Shown here one piece after another: positions 20,222 through 28,917 of a DNA stretch of 64,000 nucleotides (positions within the stretch are counted from its first letter, which is position 1; the number at the start of each line of letters is the position of its first letter). The notes under the pieces were generated by a model. It ran no database searches and was not told the DNA's origin. It was given only the letters and a program-made list of their open reading frames with translations. A program made the position numbers and the translations under genes. Source of the DNA: Thermodesulfovibrionia bacterium (GTDB taxonomy: Bacteria > Nitrospirota > Thermodesulfovibrionia > Thermodesulfovibrionales > SM23-35); assembly GCA_041500225.1 (NCBI GenBank), contig JBGQLV010000001.1:10841-74840 (forward strand), written 5' to 3'.

Positions 20222-20428
20222 ATGCCGGAAAAAGCCATTATCTTCGGTAAGGCAGGCTGACCTTTTACAGAGAAGGCTAGGTCAGCCTACGGAGAAAATG
20301 CAAAATATTTTGATGTTAAATCTGACAGTACAAAATTAGAGGAGATGTTAAAGTATTCCGGCGGCGTACGGAAAGTGCCGGTTATTATTGAAGCAGGTGA
20401 AGTGACTATAGGTTATGGAGGTGCATGA
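20222..20428 (+). CDS. Glutaredoxin-fold small selenoprotein (68 aa; U-P-F-T in place of CPYC), absent from the ORF track because of in-frame UGA 20258-20260
   Basis: Translation MPEKAIIFGKAG-U-PFTEKARSAYGENAKYFDVKSDSTKLEEMLKYSGGVRKVPVIIEAGEVTIGYGGA. Glutaredoxin hallmarks are present: beta1-redox motif-helix, cis-Pro VPVI, GYGG. Good RBS and a SECIS-like hairpin. Confidence 0.7.
20274..20288 (+). promoter_or_regulatory. Putative SECIS hairpin for UGA 20258-20260
   Basis: AGGCT(20274-78)/AGCCT(20284-88) stem with apical loop A-GGUC, 13 nt after the UGA. GGUC is the apical loop sequence of the classical E. coli fdhF SECIS. Confidence 0.55.
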
Positions 20429-20437
20429 GGGGTATGA

Positions 20438-20458
20438 TTACCGATAGTTTATCGGTAA
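20438..20458. terminator. Perfect 9-bp hairpin between convergent genes (possible bidirectional terminator)
   Basis: TTACCGATA-GTT-TATCGGTAA, located between the selenoprotein stop (20428) and the LysE stop (20465). Confidence 0.45.
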
Positions 20459-20464
20459 AGAAAC

Positions 20465-21088
20465 TCATACCATGAGCTTTAAGGAACTTAATATAAAGAC
20501 CCCTCCGTAGAAAAGCATTACGAATCCACAAAAGATGTTAACCTTTTTATAAAACCCTGTTCCAAACATCTTTATGCCTTTGAATGATGCCAGAGAGAGG
20601 AAGCTGTACCATAGGAGGTCACACAGCCAGTGAAATAATGCAAACAAAATAAGTCCGATAGGCCCGAAACTGATGGCGCTAATTACAAGTCCAACACCTA
20701 TTGTTCCCCACCATAGGAGGAAAGAAGGATTTCCTATGCTTAAAAATATACCTGAATAAAAAGGGGATGGCATCCTGCCTTCTTTTTTAACTTCTTCATT
20801 TTTCCGGGATGTGAGCAGGCCCTTAGCCATAAAAAGAAGGTATATCCCGCCGGCCATACCAATCAGTATACGTATCCACTCCAGCTGGAATAAACTACCG
20901 GCACCGAAAAAAATCAAAACTATGAGCGGCATCTCTATAACACCATGTCCAAAGGCAATATACATTCCTGTAAGCCCTGACCTGCTTCCCTGCTGTATAA
21001 CTGCTGCTGTCATAGGGCCTGGGGAAAGGACGCCCGAGAGGGATATTATCACGGCTGAAAATAGGAAGAAGATGAAGTTGTGTTCCAT
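20465..21088 (-). CDS. LysE/RhtB-family amino-acid exporter
   Basis: 207 aa with about 6 TM helices and family-typical size and N-terminal pattern (GPMTAAVIQQG). Confidence 0.6.
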   Translation of the reverse strand: MEHNFIFFLFSAVIISLSGVLSPGPMTAAVIQQGSRSGLTGMYIAFGHGVIEMPLIVLIFFGAGSLFQLEWIRILIGMAGGIYLLFMAKGLLTSRKNEEVKKEGRMPSPFYSGIFLSIGNPSFLLWWGTIGVGLVISAISFGPIGLILFALFHWLCDLLWYSFLSLASFKGIKMFGTGFYKKVNIFCGFVMLFYGGVFILSSLKLMV

Positions 21089-21287
21089 TTATTAATGATA
21101 CCTGAATCCAGACATAAAAGTTTGGCTTGTGACAAGTTAGTGTAAAATAGATAACATTTATTTTATATTCCCGTGAATGAACCAAAAATTTATTAAGGGG
21201 GATCAAAGATAGGTAGTGAAATATCTCCAGGATGATTCACAGCGATAAAAGATTATTTTCAATGTTAAGAAATAAAATATACTATCA

Positions 21288-21425
21288 CCCGAATCCAGCG
21301 ATAAGAGTTGTCATTGCGAGTGTAACGAAGCAATCTCGCCGTTTTCGATGAGATTGCCGCGGTCGATGCGACCTCGCAATGACGGCTATATCGAGGGTTC
21401 ATGCTATTTATCGCTGGATTTGGGT
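21288..21425. repeat. Nested palindromic element: outer 18-bp inverted repeat enclosing a GTCATTGCGAG...CTCGCAATGAC miniature element (21310-21383)
   Basis: ACCCGAATCCAGCGATAA (21288-21305) vs TTATCGCTGGATTTGGGT (21408-21425), 17/18 complementary. Inner termini GTCATTGCGAG/CTCGCAATGAC. Inner hairpin GCAATCTC...GAGATTGC. Confidence 0.7.
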
Positions 21426-21438
21426 ATAATATTCAATA

Positions 21439-21921
21439 ATGTGGCATGCTATTTATACAAAACCGGGCAAGGAAGACTCAGTCGCCTTTCGGCTTCAAGG
21501 CATAGGGATTGAGGTGCTGAACCCGAAACTAAAATCAAAAAAATACAAGCGCAACAAATTTGTTGAGGTCATTGAGCCTCTCTTTCCTTCTTACCTATTT
21601 GCAAGCTTTGAGAAAGAAAAATATTCCCATCTGATTACTTACACAAGAGGTGTGAGATACATTGTCGGTAAAGGCAATCCCATCGTTGTGTATGATGAGA
21701 TTATTAACACAATAAAAGAAGGTATGGGAGATGACAACATAGTGGTTATCAAACCCCGGAAATTTGAAAAAGGTGACAGAGTCTTAATAAAAGAAGGACC
21801 GTTTAAAGATTTTTATGGAATTTTTGAAAAGGAGACCAGAGGCACTGAGAGGGTAATGATCCTTCTTGAAATGATTCATTACAAGCTTGAACTTGATAGC
21901 TGTTTTTTAACTAAGATATGA
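21439..21921 (+). CDS. NusG-paralog transcription antiterminator (RfaH/UpxY/LoaP-like) heading the polysaccharide locus
   Basis: NGN-type N-terminus MWHAIYTKPGKE...PLFPSYLF. KOW motif GDRVLIKEGPFKDFYGIF. First gene of a >42-kb same-strand glycan locus. Confidence 0.8.
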   Translation: MWHAIYTKPGKEDSVAFRLQGIGIEVLNPKLKSKKYKRNKFVEVIEPLFPSYLFASFEKEKYSHLITYTRGVRYIVGKGNPIVVYDEIINTIKEGMGDDNIVVIKPRKFEKGDRVLIKEGPFKDFYGIFEKETRGTERVMILLEMIHYKLELDSCFLTKI

Positions 21922-22003
21922 CATAGCTTTCAAAAACAGGGTGCTATGCTCCATGCGAAAAACTATAGAAACCAGATAACCAAATAAACTAAAATAGACG
22001 GAT

Positions 22004-22876
22004 ATGAAGGGTATAATTTTAGCGGGTGGCATCGGGACAAGACTTTATCCGGTAACAATAGGTGTTTGTAAACAGTTATTGCCCATTTACGATAAGCCGA
22101 TGATTTATTACCCCCTTTCGGTGCTTATGCTTGCGGGAATAAAGAATATCCTGATAATTTCCACTCCTCAGGATTTACAGCGTTTCAGAAACATATTTAA
22201 TGATGGCTCTTATTTAGGGCTTAGTTTTTCTTATAAGGAACAGCTTCATCCAGGTGGCATTGCAGAAGCCTTTATCCTGGGTGAAAAATTTATAGGCAAT
22301 GATGATGTTTGTCTTGTATTGGGGGATAATATTTTTTATGGCCACGGTCTTACAGCTTTGCTGAAGAAGGGATTGAATGATATAAAAATAAAGGGTGGCG
22401 CGACAATATTCGGTTATTATGTCAATGACCCTGAAAGATATGGAGTTGTCGAATTTGATGAGAAGGGTAATGTCCTGTCTTTAGAGGAAAAGCCCAAAAT
22501 GCCTAAATCAAGATATGCTGTAACAGGCCTGTATTTCTATAGCAACGAAGTAGTAAAAATTTCTAAAAATATAAAGCCGTCACGAAGGGGTGAACTCGAA
22601 ATAACAGATGTAAATAGAGTATATCTTAAAAAGGGGAAACTCAGGGTTGAACTGATGGGCAGAGGCTATGCCTGGCTTGATACAGGGACTCATGAAAGCC
22701 TTTTAGAAGCAGGCGAGTTTATATCAACTATCGAAAAAAGACAGGGGTTGAAAATAGCCTGTATAGAAGAAATAGCATATAAATTAGGTTATATTGATAA
22801 AGAGCAATTATTAAAACTTGCCCAACCTTTAAAACATAATGAATACGGAAAATATCTTTTGAGGCTCATAAAATGA
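22004..22876 (+). CDS. rfbA: Glucose-1-phosphate thymidylyltransferase
   Basis: [28 protein letters not shown]. 290 aa. Confidence 0.92.
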   Translation: MKGIILAGGIGTRLYPVTIGVCKQLLPIYDKPMIYYPLSVLMLAGIKNILIISTPQDLQRFRNIFNDGSYLGLSFSYKEQLHPGGIAEAFILGEKFIGNDDVCLVLGDNIFYGHGLTALLKKGLNDIKIKGGATIFGYYVNDPERYGVVEFDEKGNVLSLEEKPKMPKSRYAVTGLYFYSNEVVKISKNIKPSRRGELEITDVNRVYLKKGKLRVELMGRGYAWLDTGTHESLLEAGEFISTIEKRQGLKIACIEEIAYKLGYIDKEQLLKLAQPLKHNEYGKYLLRLIK

Positions 22877-22879
22877 GAC

Positions 22880-22936
22880 AGGTTAAGGCTGAGGTTAAGG
22901 AAAAAACAAATCATACTTTAACCTCAACCTTGACCT
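22880..22936. repeat. Imperfect inverted repeat of the AGGTTAAGGCTGAGG word family (intercistronic hairpin)
   Basis: AGGTTAAGGCTGAGGTTAAGG (22880-22900) vs CTTTAACCTCAACCTTGACCT (22916-22936), 18/21 complementary. Related copies at 25517-25580, 28657-28695 and 31651-31718. Confidence 0.7.
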
Positions 22937-22948
22937 AATTTTTTAATT

Positions 22949-23503
22949 ATGCCGTTTATTTTTAAAAAATTATCAATACCGGAAGTTGTCCTAATAGAAC
23001 CAAAGGTTTTCAGGGACGGACGGGGACTCTTTCTGGAAACTTACAAATATTCCGATTTTGCTGAGTCAGGCATAAAGGAACACTTTGTTCAGGATAATTA
23101 TTCAAAATCTGTAAAAGGCGGATTAAGAGGACTTCACTTTCAGAAAAATCCAAATGCACAGGGTAAATTAGTCCAGTGTATAAAAGGTAAGATATTTGAT
23201 GTAGCAGTAGATATAAGAAAAGGTTCTCCTACCTTTGGACGTTGGGTTAGTGTTGAGTTATCTGAAGAAAATAATCTTATGCTTTATGTCCCTTCTGCCT
23301 TTGCTCATGGTTTTGTTGTCCTGAGTGAAACAGCCGATGTTATATATAAGTGTACCAGAGAGTATTCCCCGAAGGATGATCGGGGGATTATCTGGAATGA
23401 TCCTGATATAAATATCCGCTGGCCGGTAAAAGACCCGATTCTGTCAGAAAAAGATAAAAAACTTCCTTTTTTAAAGGATGCTGATATCAATTTTGAATAT
23501 TGA
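22949..23503 (+). CDS. rfbC: dTDP-4-dehydrorhamnose 3,5-epimerase
   Basis: RGLHFQ, FDVAVDIRKGSPTFG, AHGF. 184 aa cupin. Confidence 0.92.
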   Translation: MPFIFKKLSIPEVVLIEPKVFRDGRGLFLETYKYSDFAESGIKEHFVQDNYSKSVKGGLRGLHFQKNPNAQGKLVQCIKGKIFDVAVDIRKGSPTFGRWVSVELSEENNLMLYVPSAFAHGFVVLSETADVIYKCTREYSPKDDRGIIWNDPDINIRWPVKDPILSEKDKKLPFLKDADINFEY

Positions 23504-23540
23504 AATTTACTAATGAGTTCATCAGTAATGCAACACAGTA

Positions 23541-23644
23541 GTCATTCCCGCGAATCCGTCTTACGTATTGACGGAGGGAATCCAGGAAAGCACTGGATTC
23601 CCCCGTATCAAGTACGGGGCAGGCTCAATCAAGCACGGAATGAC
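23541..23644. mobile_element. Miniature inverted-repeat element (GTCATTCCC...GGAATCCAG / CTGGATTCC...GGAATGAC family) between rfbC and rfbD
   Basis: Termini GTCATTCCC and GGAATGAC. Central GGAATCCAG-gaaagca-CTGGATTCC. Internal hairpins TCCGTC/GACGGA and CCCCGTA/TACGGGG. Same terminal words as the elements at 29009-29083 and 32412-32766. Confidence 0.7.
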
Positions 23645-23703
23645 AAAATTGGATGGCAAGTATTTTTTGCTTATGAAGTTGTTAGTAATTTTAAGAGGTT
23701 AAT

Positions 23704-24561
23704 ATGAAGATTTTAATTGCTGGTGCAAACGGCCAGCTTGCAAGGGAATTTCAGAAAGCATTAGAAAACTATAGCTATTCAGTAGTAGCTTTAGATAAAG
23801 AAAGTCTGGATATATCTGATTTGAATGTCATTGCAGAAACATTTTCAAAACATAATCCTGATATTGTTTTAAACTGTGCTGCTTATAATTTTGTAGATAA
23901 GGCTGAAGAAGATTTTGATACTGCACACAAAGTGAACGCCTCAGGAGTAAGAAACCTGGCGGTTGCGTGTAAAAAAAATAACGCCCTGTTAGTCCACTAC
24001 AGCACTGATTACATATTTGACGGGACAAAGGAAGATTTTTATACAGAGGAAGATGAACCGAATCCGATTAACAATTACGGTAAAAGCAAATTAATGGGGG
24101 AAAAGTTTTTAACAGAAGAGACTGATAAATTTCTTTTATTCAGGGTTAGCTGGGTATTCGGAGAAGGCAAACAGAATTTCCTTTATAAATTGTCGGAATT
24201 GGGAAAGAAAAACAGGGTCTTAAAGGTTGTTTATGACCAGATCTCAGCGCCTACTTTTACAAAGGATATTGTAATTTTAACAATGCTTGCAATAGATAAA
24301 GGTCTGAGAGGTGTTTACCATCTGACCAACAGCGGATATGCGTCAAGATATGAAGTTGCGCGCTATTTTATTGAAAGGCTTGGCTGGGATAATCTGATAT
24401 TGCCTGTAAACTCAGATTATTTCCCTTCTTCTGCTAAAAGACCATACTTTTCTGCAATGTCAAATCTAAAGCTTTCAAAAAACTTAGATGTTAATATTCC
24501 GGACTGGAAGATGGGCATTGACAGGTATATAGAAGAAATGTTTGAAAAAGAGGAAATCTAA
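23704..24561 (+). CDS. rfbD: dTDP-4-dehydrorhamnose reductase
   Basis: ILIAGANGQLA Rossmann motif, STDYIFDG, YGKSKLMGE. 285 aa. Confidence 0.9.
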   Translation: MKILIAGANGQLAREFQKALENYSYSVVALDKESLDISDLNVIAETFSKHNPDIVLNCAAYNFVDKAEEDFDTAHKVNASGVRNLAVACKKNNALLVHYSTDYIFDGTKEDFYTEEDEPNPINNYGKSKLMGEKFLTEETDKFLLFRVSWVFGEGKQNFLYKLSELGKKNRVLKVVYDQISAPTFTKDIVILTMLAIDKGLRGVYHLTNSGYASRYEVARYFIERLGWDNLILPVNSDYFPSSAKRPYFSAMSNLKLSKNLDVNIPDWKMGIDRYIEEMFEKEEI

Positions 24562-25529
24562 TGAAAAAACTTTTAGTCACAGGCGGCGCCGGATTTATAG
24601 GAAGTGAATTTGTCAGAGAGGGAGTAAAAAAGGGTTATAAGATAATAGTTGTTGATAAACTCAGTTATGCCGGTGATTTAAAGAGATTAAAAGAAGTTAA
24701 AAAAGAGGTTACTTTTTACAGGACAGATATAACTGATAAAGACTCTCTGGAACATATCTTCAAAACAGAAAGACCGGATACCGTTGTTCACTTTGCAGCA
24801 GAAAGCCATGTTGACAGGAGTATACTCGATGCTTCTCCTTTTTTAGATACAAATGTAAAGGGGACACAGATTCTGCTGGATATTGCAAGGAAATATGGGA
24901 TTGAAAGATTCATAAATATTTCAACCGATGAGGTATATGGTGAAATTAAAGGAAAGGGACGGTTTTACGAAACAACACCCCTGAACCCCAATTCTCCTTA
25001 TTCGGTTAGCAAAGCCGCTGCTGATATGCTTGGGAGAGCCTGCCATAGAACATACGGTATACCTGTAATAACAATAAGACCGTCCAATAACTATGGTCCA
25101 TGGCAGTATCCGGAAAAACTTATCCCTGTAGTAATACTCAAGGCATTGAACAATGAAAAGGTCCCTGTTTATGGAAAAGGGAAAAATATCAGGGAATGGG
25201 TATTCGTCTCTGATTGTGCTGATGCAATATTTAAAATATTAGAAAAAGGCAAAATTGGTGAGATATATAATATCGGGAGCGGAGAAGAGAAGAGGAATAT
25301 AGATGTGGTTAAAACCGTTTTAAAGCTATTAGGAAAATCAGAAGATTTAATAGAGTTTACGAAAGACAGATTAGGGCATGATTTCAGATATTCTTTAAAT
25401 TCAAATAAAATAAGCAAACAGATTGGCTGGAAGAGAAAAATACATTTTACTGAGGGCATACAAAAAACTGTTAAATGGTATGTGGATAATATGAAATGGG
25501 TAAAAAACAAAAAGACAGGCTTAGGTTGA
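24561..25529 (+). CDS. rfbB: dTDP-glucose 4,6-dehydratase
   Basis: VTGGAGFIGS, STDEVYG, YSVSKAAAD. 1-nt overlap with rfbD. Confidence 0.92.
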   Translation: MKKLLVTGGAGFIGSEFVREGVKKGYKIIVVDKLSYAGDLKRLKEVKKEVTFYRTDITDKDSLEHIFKTERPDTVVHFAAESHVDRSILDASPFLDTNVKGTQILLDIARKYGIERFINISTDEVYGEIKGKGRFYETTPLNPNSPYSVSKAAADMLGRACHRTYGIPVITIRPSNNYGPWQYPEKLIPVVILKALNNEKVPVYGKGKNIREWVFVSDCADAIFKILEKGKIGEIYNIGSGEEKRNIDVVKTVLKLLGKSEDLIEFTKDRLGHDFRYSLNSNKISKQIGWKRKIHFTEGIQKTVKWYVDNMKWVKNKKTGLG

Positions 25530-25580
25530 GGCCGAGGTTAAGTAAAGACTCAATCTTTTCCTCAGCCTTGACCTTAACCT
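25517..25580. repeat. Imperfect inverted repeat of the AGGTTAAGGCTGAGG word family overlapping the rfbB stop
   Basis: AGGCTTAGGTTGAGGCCGAGGTTAAG ... CTCAGCCTTGACCTTAACCT. About 15/20 complementary by hand alignment. Confidence 0.6.
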
Positions 25581-25589
25581 TGTATTTTT

Positions 25590-27002
25590 ATGTTTAACGA
25601 CAATATATTCCGGGAATATGACATACGAGGGGTTGTCGGGACAGACCTCGATGAAGACTTTGCCTTTTCTTTAGGGAAGGCTTTTGGCACCCTTATAAAA
25701 AAGGTTAAAAAGTATGGCAGCAGAGTGAGTGTAGGAAGAGATGGGAGGATGAGCTCTGAAATACTCGCTGAGAATATTATTAAAGGAATAACATCAACAG
25801 GTAGCGATGTTTATGATATAGGTCTCTGCCCGACTCCCTTACAGTATTTTTCCATCCACCATCTCAATCTGGACGGCGGCATCATGGTGACAGGAAGCCA
25901 TAACCCGCCTGAATACAATGGGTTTAAGCTGAGCATCGGGAAAGAGACGATTTTTGGAGACGAGATCCAAAACATTAAAGAAATCATAAAAAAAAAGGTA
26001 TGGACTGAAAATCCCGATACGGGCAGGGTAGAACATTACGATATACTCGGTGCATATAAAGACATCATGGTAAACAGGTTTTCCTATTTATCAAACAAAG
26101 GTTACAGGAAATTGAAAGTGGTGGTTGATGCTGGAAACGGCACCGGGGGGATTGTAGCTCCAGGGATATTAAAGGCTATGGGATGTGAGGTTATCCCCCT
26201 TTACTGTGAACCTGATGGACGATTCCCAAACCACCATCCAGACCCGACAGTAGTAGAAAATCTCAAGGACCTCATAAAGGTGACAAAAAAAGAAGGGGCT
26301 GATATAGGAGTTGGATACGATGGAGATGCAGACAGGATAGGCATAGTTGACAGTTTTGGGGATATTGTATGGGGTGATCAGATTATGGTTATTCTTGCCA
26401 GGGATATTTTGAGGAAGAGACCTGGTGCAATAATCATCGGAGATGTAAAGTGTTCCCAGACAATGTTTGATGACATAGAGAGGCATGGCGGCATACCTAT
26501 CATGTGGAAGACAGGACACTCCCTTATGAAAGACAAGATGAGAAAAGAGGGCGCTCTCCTTGCAGGAGAATTCAGCGGCCACATCTTCATTTCAGATGAT
26601 TACTTTGGTTTTGACGATGCTATCTATACCACCTTCCGGCTTGTAGAGATCATGAAAACCACAGCCCTTGGAATAAACGAATTGCTTTCAGACATTCCGC
26701 GTATGTGCTCCACACCTGAAATACGCATAGACTGCCCTGAGGATCAAAAAAAAGAGGTAGTGAAGACAATGGTGCGTCGTTGTAAGGAGTATAATATATC
26801 GGGTAATAGCCCTTTTCCCATAAAGAAGATATACGATATAGATGGAGTGAGAGTAGTTTTTGAAAAGGGATGGGGGCTCATAAGATCGAGTAATACCCAG
26901 CCGGCGGTCGTAATGCGGTTCGAGGCAGAAGATGAGAAGAGCCTCAATGAATACAGAGACTTTTTGGAGAGAGAGCTGAAAGAGGCAATGGAGTCATTAT
27001 GA
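25590..27002 (+). CDS. manB: Phosphomannomutase/phosphoglucomutase
   Basis: Active-site TGSHNPPEYNG, GYDGDADR, GEFSGH. 470 aa. Confidence 0.88.
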   Translation: MFNDNIFREYDIRGVVGTDLDEDFAFSLGKAFGTLIKKVKKYGSRVSVGRDGRMSSEILAENIIKGITSTGSDVYDIGLCPTPLQYFSIHHLNLDGGIMVTGSHNPPEYNGFKLSIGKETIFGDEIQNIKEIIKKKVWTENPDTGRVEHYDILGAYKDIMVNRFSYLSNKGYRKLKVVVDAGNGTGGIVAPGILKAMGCEVIPLYCEPDGRFPNHHPDPTVVENLKDLIKVTKKEGADIGVGYDGDADRIGIVDSFGDIVWGDQIMVILARDILRKRPGAIIIGDVKCSQTMFDDIERHGGIPIMWKTGHSLMKDKMRKEGALLAGEFSGHIFISDDYFGFDDAIYTTFRLVEIMKTTALGINELLSDIPRMCSTPEIRIDCPEDQKKEVVKTMVRRCKEYNISGNSPFPIKKIYDIDGVRVVFEKGWGLIRSSNTQPAVVMRFEAEDEKSLNEYRDFLERELKEAMESL

Positions 27003-28438
27003 AAGCACTTATCCTCGCAGGTGGTTCTGGAACAAGGCTCTGGCCTCTCAGCAGAAAGAATTATCCGAAACAATTTCTGAAGCTGGACGGTAAAAGATCT
27101 TTTTTACAAAAGACTGCGGAAAGGCTTTTAAACGTAGTCTCTACTGATGATATTATCGTGATGACGAACAGTGAATATAAATTCCATGTCTTAGCCGACC
27201 TTAATGCTATATTCAACAACCAGCATCCGATGTCCAACCCCGGCCATCCGCCTTTTGCGAATATCATACTTGAACCTGTAAGCAGGAATACAGCGCCTGC
27301 CATAGCCCTCGGGATGAAATACTGTCTGGAAAAACTTGGATGTAAAGAAGATGATGTGTTATTCATTTGTCCTTCTGACCATGTCATCAAGCCTGCCGAC
27401 AGATTTGCCGGGTATGTCAAACTTTCAGAGGAGATAGCGCAAAAAGGCCGTCTGGTAACATTCGGCGTTAAACCGACAAGACCGGAGACGGGATACGGAT
27501 ATATCAAGGCGGGCAAGCCTGCAAGCCTGCAAGCCGATACGCCGGACATGGAATACTATAAAGTCGAAAAGTTCACTGAAAAGCCGGATGCAGAGACTGC
27601 AAAAAAATACGTTGATGAAGGCAATTACTACTGGAACTCCGGTATGTTTGCTTTTTCCATAGCCGCCATGATGGATGAATTCGGCAGACATGCGCCGGGG
27701 ATAAGAGAGATGCTTGACATGGGCTTTGATGAGATGGTATCGAACTTTAGAAAGATGCCTGACATCTCTTTTGACTATGCCGTAGCCGAAAAATCAGACA
27801 GGATAGTGATGATGCCGCTCGATTTATACTGGAATGATATAGGCTCGTGGGACTCGCTTTACGATGTATTGGATAAAAACGGCATGGGTAATATCAAGTT
27901 GGGCGATGTTTTGACGATAGATACCAGGGATACCCTCATAATGAGCAATAAAAGGTTTGTCTCTACCATAGGTTTGGAGGACTGTCTGATAGTTGATACG
28001 GATGATGCACTGTTGATCGCAAAAAGGGGCGAGACACAAAAGGTAAGGGAAATAGTAAATAAGTTAAAGGAAGATGACCGCAAAGAGGCATTGGAGCATG
28101 TAACAACCTACAGACCATGGGGGAGCTATACAGTTCTTGAAGAAGGCGAACGATACAAGATCAAACGGGTTGTTGTGAACCCGAGTGAGAGATTGAGTTT
28201 ACAGTTACACCATCACAGGTCCGAACACTGGGTTGTTGTGAGAGGTACGGCAAAGGTGACCATTGGAGATCTCGAAAAACTCGTGCATGAAAACGAATCC
28301 GCCTATATCCCGAAATCGACCCGCCACAGGCTTGAAAACCCCGGCAAGGTTCCGCTGGAGATAATCGAGGTTCAAAATGGCGAATATGTGGGTGAGGACG
28401 ATATCGAGAGAATAGATGACGCATATGGAAGAGAATAA
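26999..28438 (+). CDS. manC: Mannose-1-phosphate guanylyltransferase / mannose-6-phosphate isomerase (type II PMI-GMP)
   Basis: LAGGSGTRLWPLSR N-terminus. C-terminal cupin HHHRSEHWVVVRGTA. 4-nt overlap with manB. Confidence 0.9.
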   Translation: MKALILAGGSGTRLWPLSRKNYPKQFLKLDGKRSFLQKTAERLLNVVSTDDIIVMTNSEYKFHVLADLNAIFNNQHPMSNPGHPPFANIILEPVSRNTAPAIALGMKYCLEKLGCKEDDVLFICPSDHVIKPADRFAGYVKLSEEIAQKGRLVTFGVKPTRPETGYGYIKAGKPASLQADTPDMEYYKVEKFTEKPDAETAKKYVDEGNYYWNSGMFAFSIAAMMDEFGRHAPGIREMLDMGFDEMVSNFRKMPDISFDYAVAEKSDRIVMMPLDLYWNDIGSWDSLYDVLDKNGMGNIKLGDVLTIDTRDTLIMSNKRFVSTIGLEDCLIVDTDDALLIAKRGETQKVREIVNKLKEDDRKEALEHVTTYRPWGSYTVLEEGERYKIKRVVVNPSERLSLQLHHHRSEHWVVVRGTAKVTIGDLEKLVHENESAYIPKSTRHRLENPGKVPLEIIEVQNGEYVGEDDIERIDDAYGRE

Positions 28439-28488
28439 AGATTAAGGCTGAGCAGATAAACTGAACAAACCCAAAAACCGGATAAACC

Positions 28489-28629
28489 ATGAAATGGGAT
28501 TTAGAAAAATTCATAGATAAATCTTATAGACGTTGGCTTAAATCCATCTGGGATAAATATTGGGAAATAATTGTTGCAATTATCACAGGATTTATTATTG
28601 GAATTATATTGCCTAATTTTTTTAAATAA
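28489..28629 (+). CDS. Small (46 aa) C-terminally TM-anchored protein, paralog of 29611..29781; not in the ORF track
   Basis: MKWDLEKFIDKSYRRWLKSIWDKYWEIIVAIITGFIIGIILPNFFK. Conserved 26-aa C-terminal block shared with the second copy. Both stops are followed by the same TAACAAAACTG. Confidence 0.55.
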   Translation: MKWDLEKFIDKSYRRWLKSIWDKYWEIIVAIITGFIIGIILPNFFK

Positions 28630-28656
28630 CAAAACTGGCTTGTTTGCATCAGCAGA

Positions 28657-28695
28657 CCTAAACCTCAGCCTCAGCCTCAGCCTTAATCTCTTAGC
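28657..28695. repeat. CCTCAG hexamer tandem run, single arm of the AGGTTAAGGCTGAGG word family
   Basis: CCTAAACCTCAGCCTCAGCCTCAGCCTTAATCTCTTAGCC. Confidence 0.6.
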
Positions 28696-28835
28696 CGCAA
28701 CCTGTTTTTGTTTGCCTGCCGGCTTGACGTTCTGCAGTAAATAGTTTTATTATAGTTCAGTGTATGAACGCACGAGAGTGCTTCATTATCTGTCCTGATA
28801 TATGACAGGAAACAGCGGTAGCTTGCTTAAAAACC

Positions 28836-28912
28836 ATTCTATGTTCAATGTCCTACGTTCAATGTCCATTCCAACATTCTATGTTTCTACTTTCAATGTT
28901 CAACGTCCATTT
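28836..28912. repeat. Degenerate TTCAATG/TTCAACG word array
   Basis: cattctatgTTCAATGtcctacgTTCAATGtccattccaacattctatgtttctactTTCAATGTTCAACGtccattt. Related runs at 35144-35180 and (reverse) 29161-29175. Confidence 0.6.
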
Positions 28913-28917
28913 AAAAC

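Noticed and set aside
21288-21425. Riboswitch upstream of the NusG paralog
   Set aside because: The structure does not match any riboswitch consensus I can recall, and its termini belong to the dispersed GTCATT...AATGAC repeat family. Reported only as a structured repeat or possible leader.
23513-23707. 64-aa ORF between rfbC and rfbD
   Set aside because: Coincides with the 104-bp miniature inverted-repeat element. The translation is the typical pseudo-peptide of such palindromes.
27061-27549. 162-aa minus-strand ORF and other antisense ORFs within manB/manC (26169.., 26744.., 27425..)
   Set aside because: They lie antisense to genes with unambiguous catalytic motifs and have no independent support.
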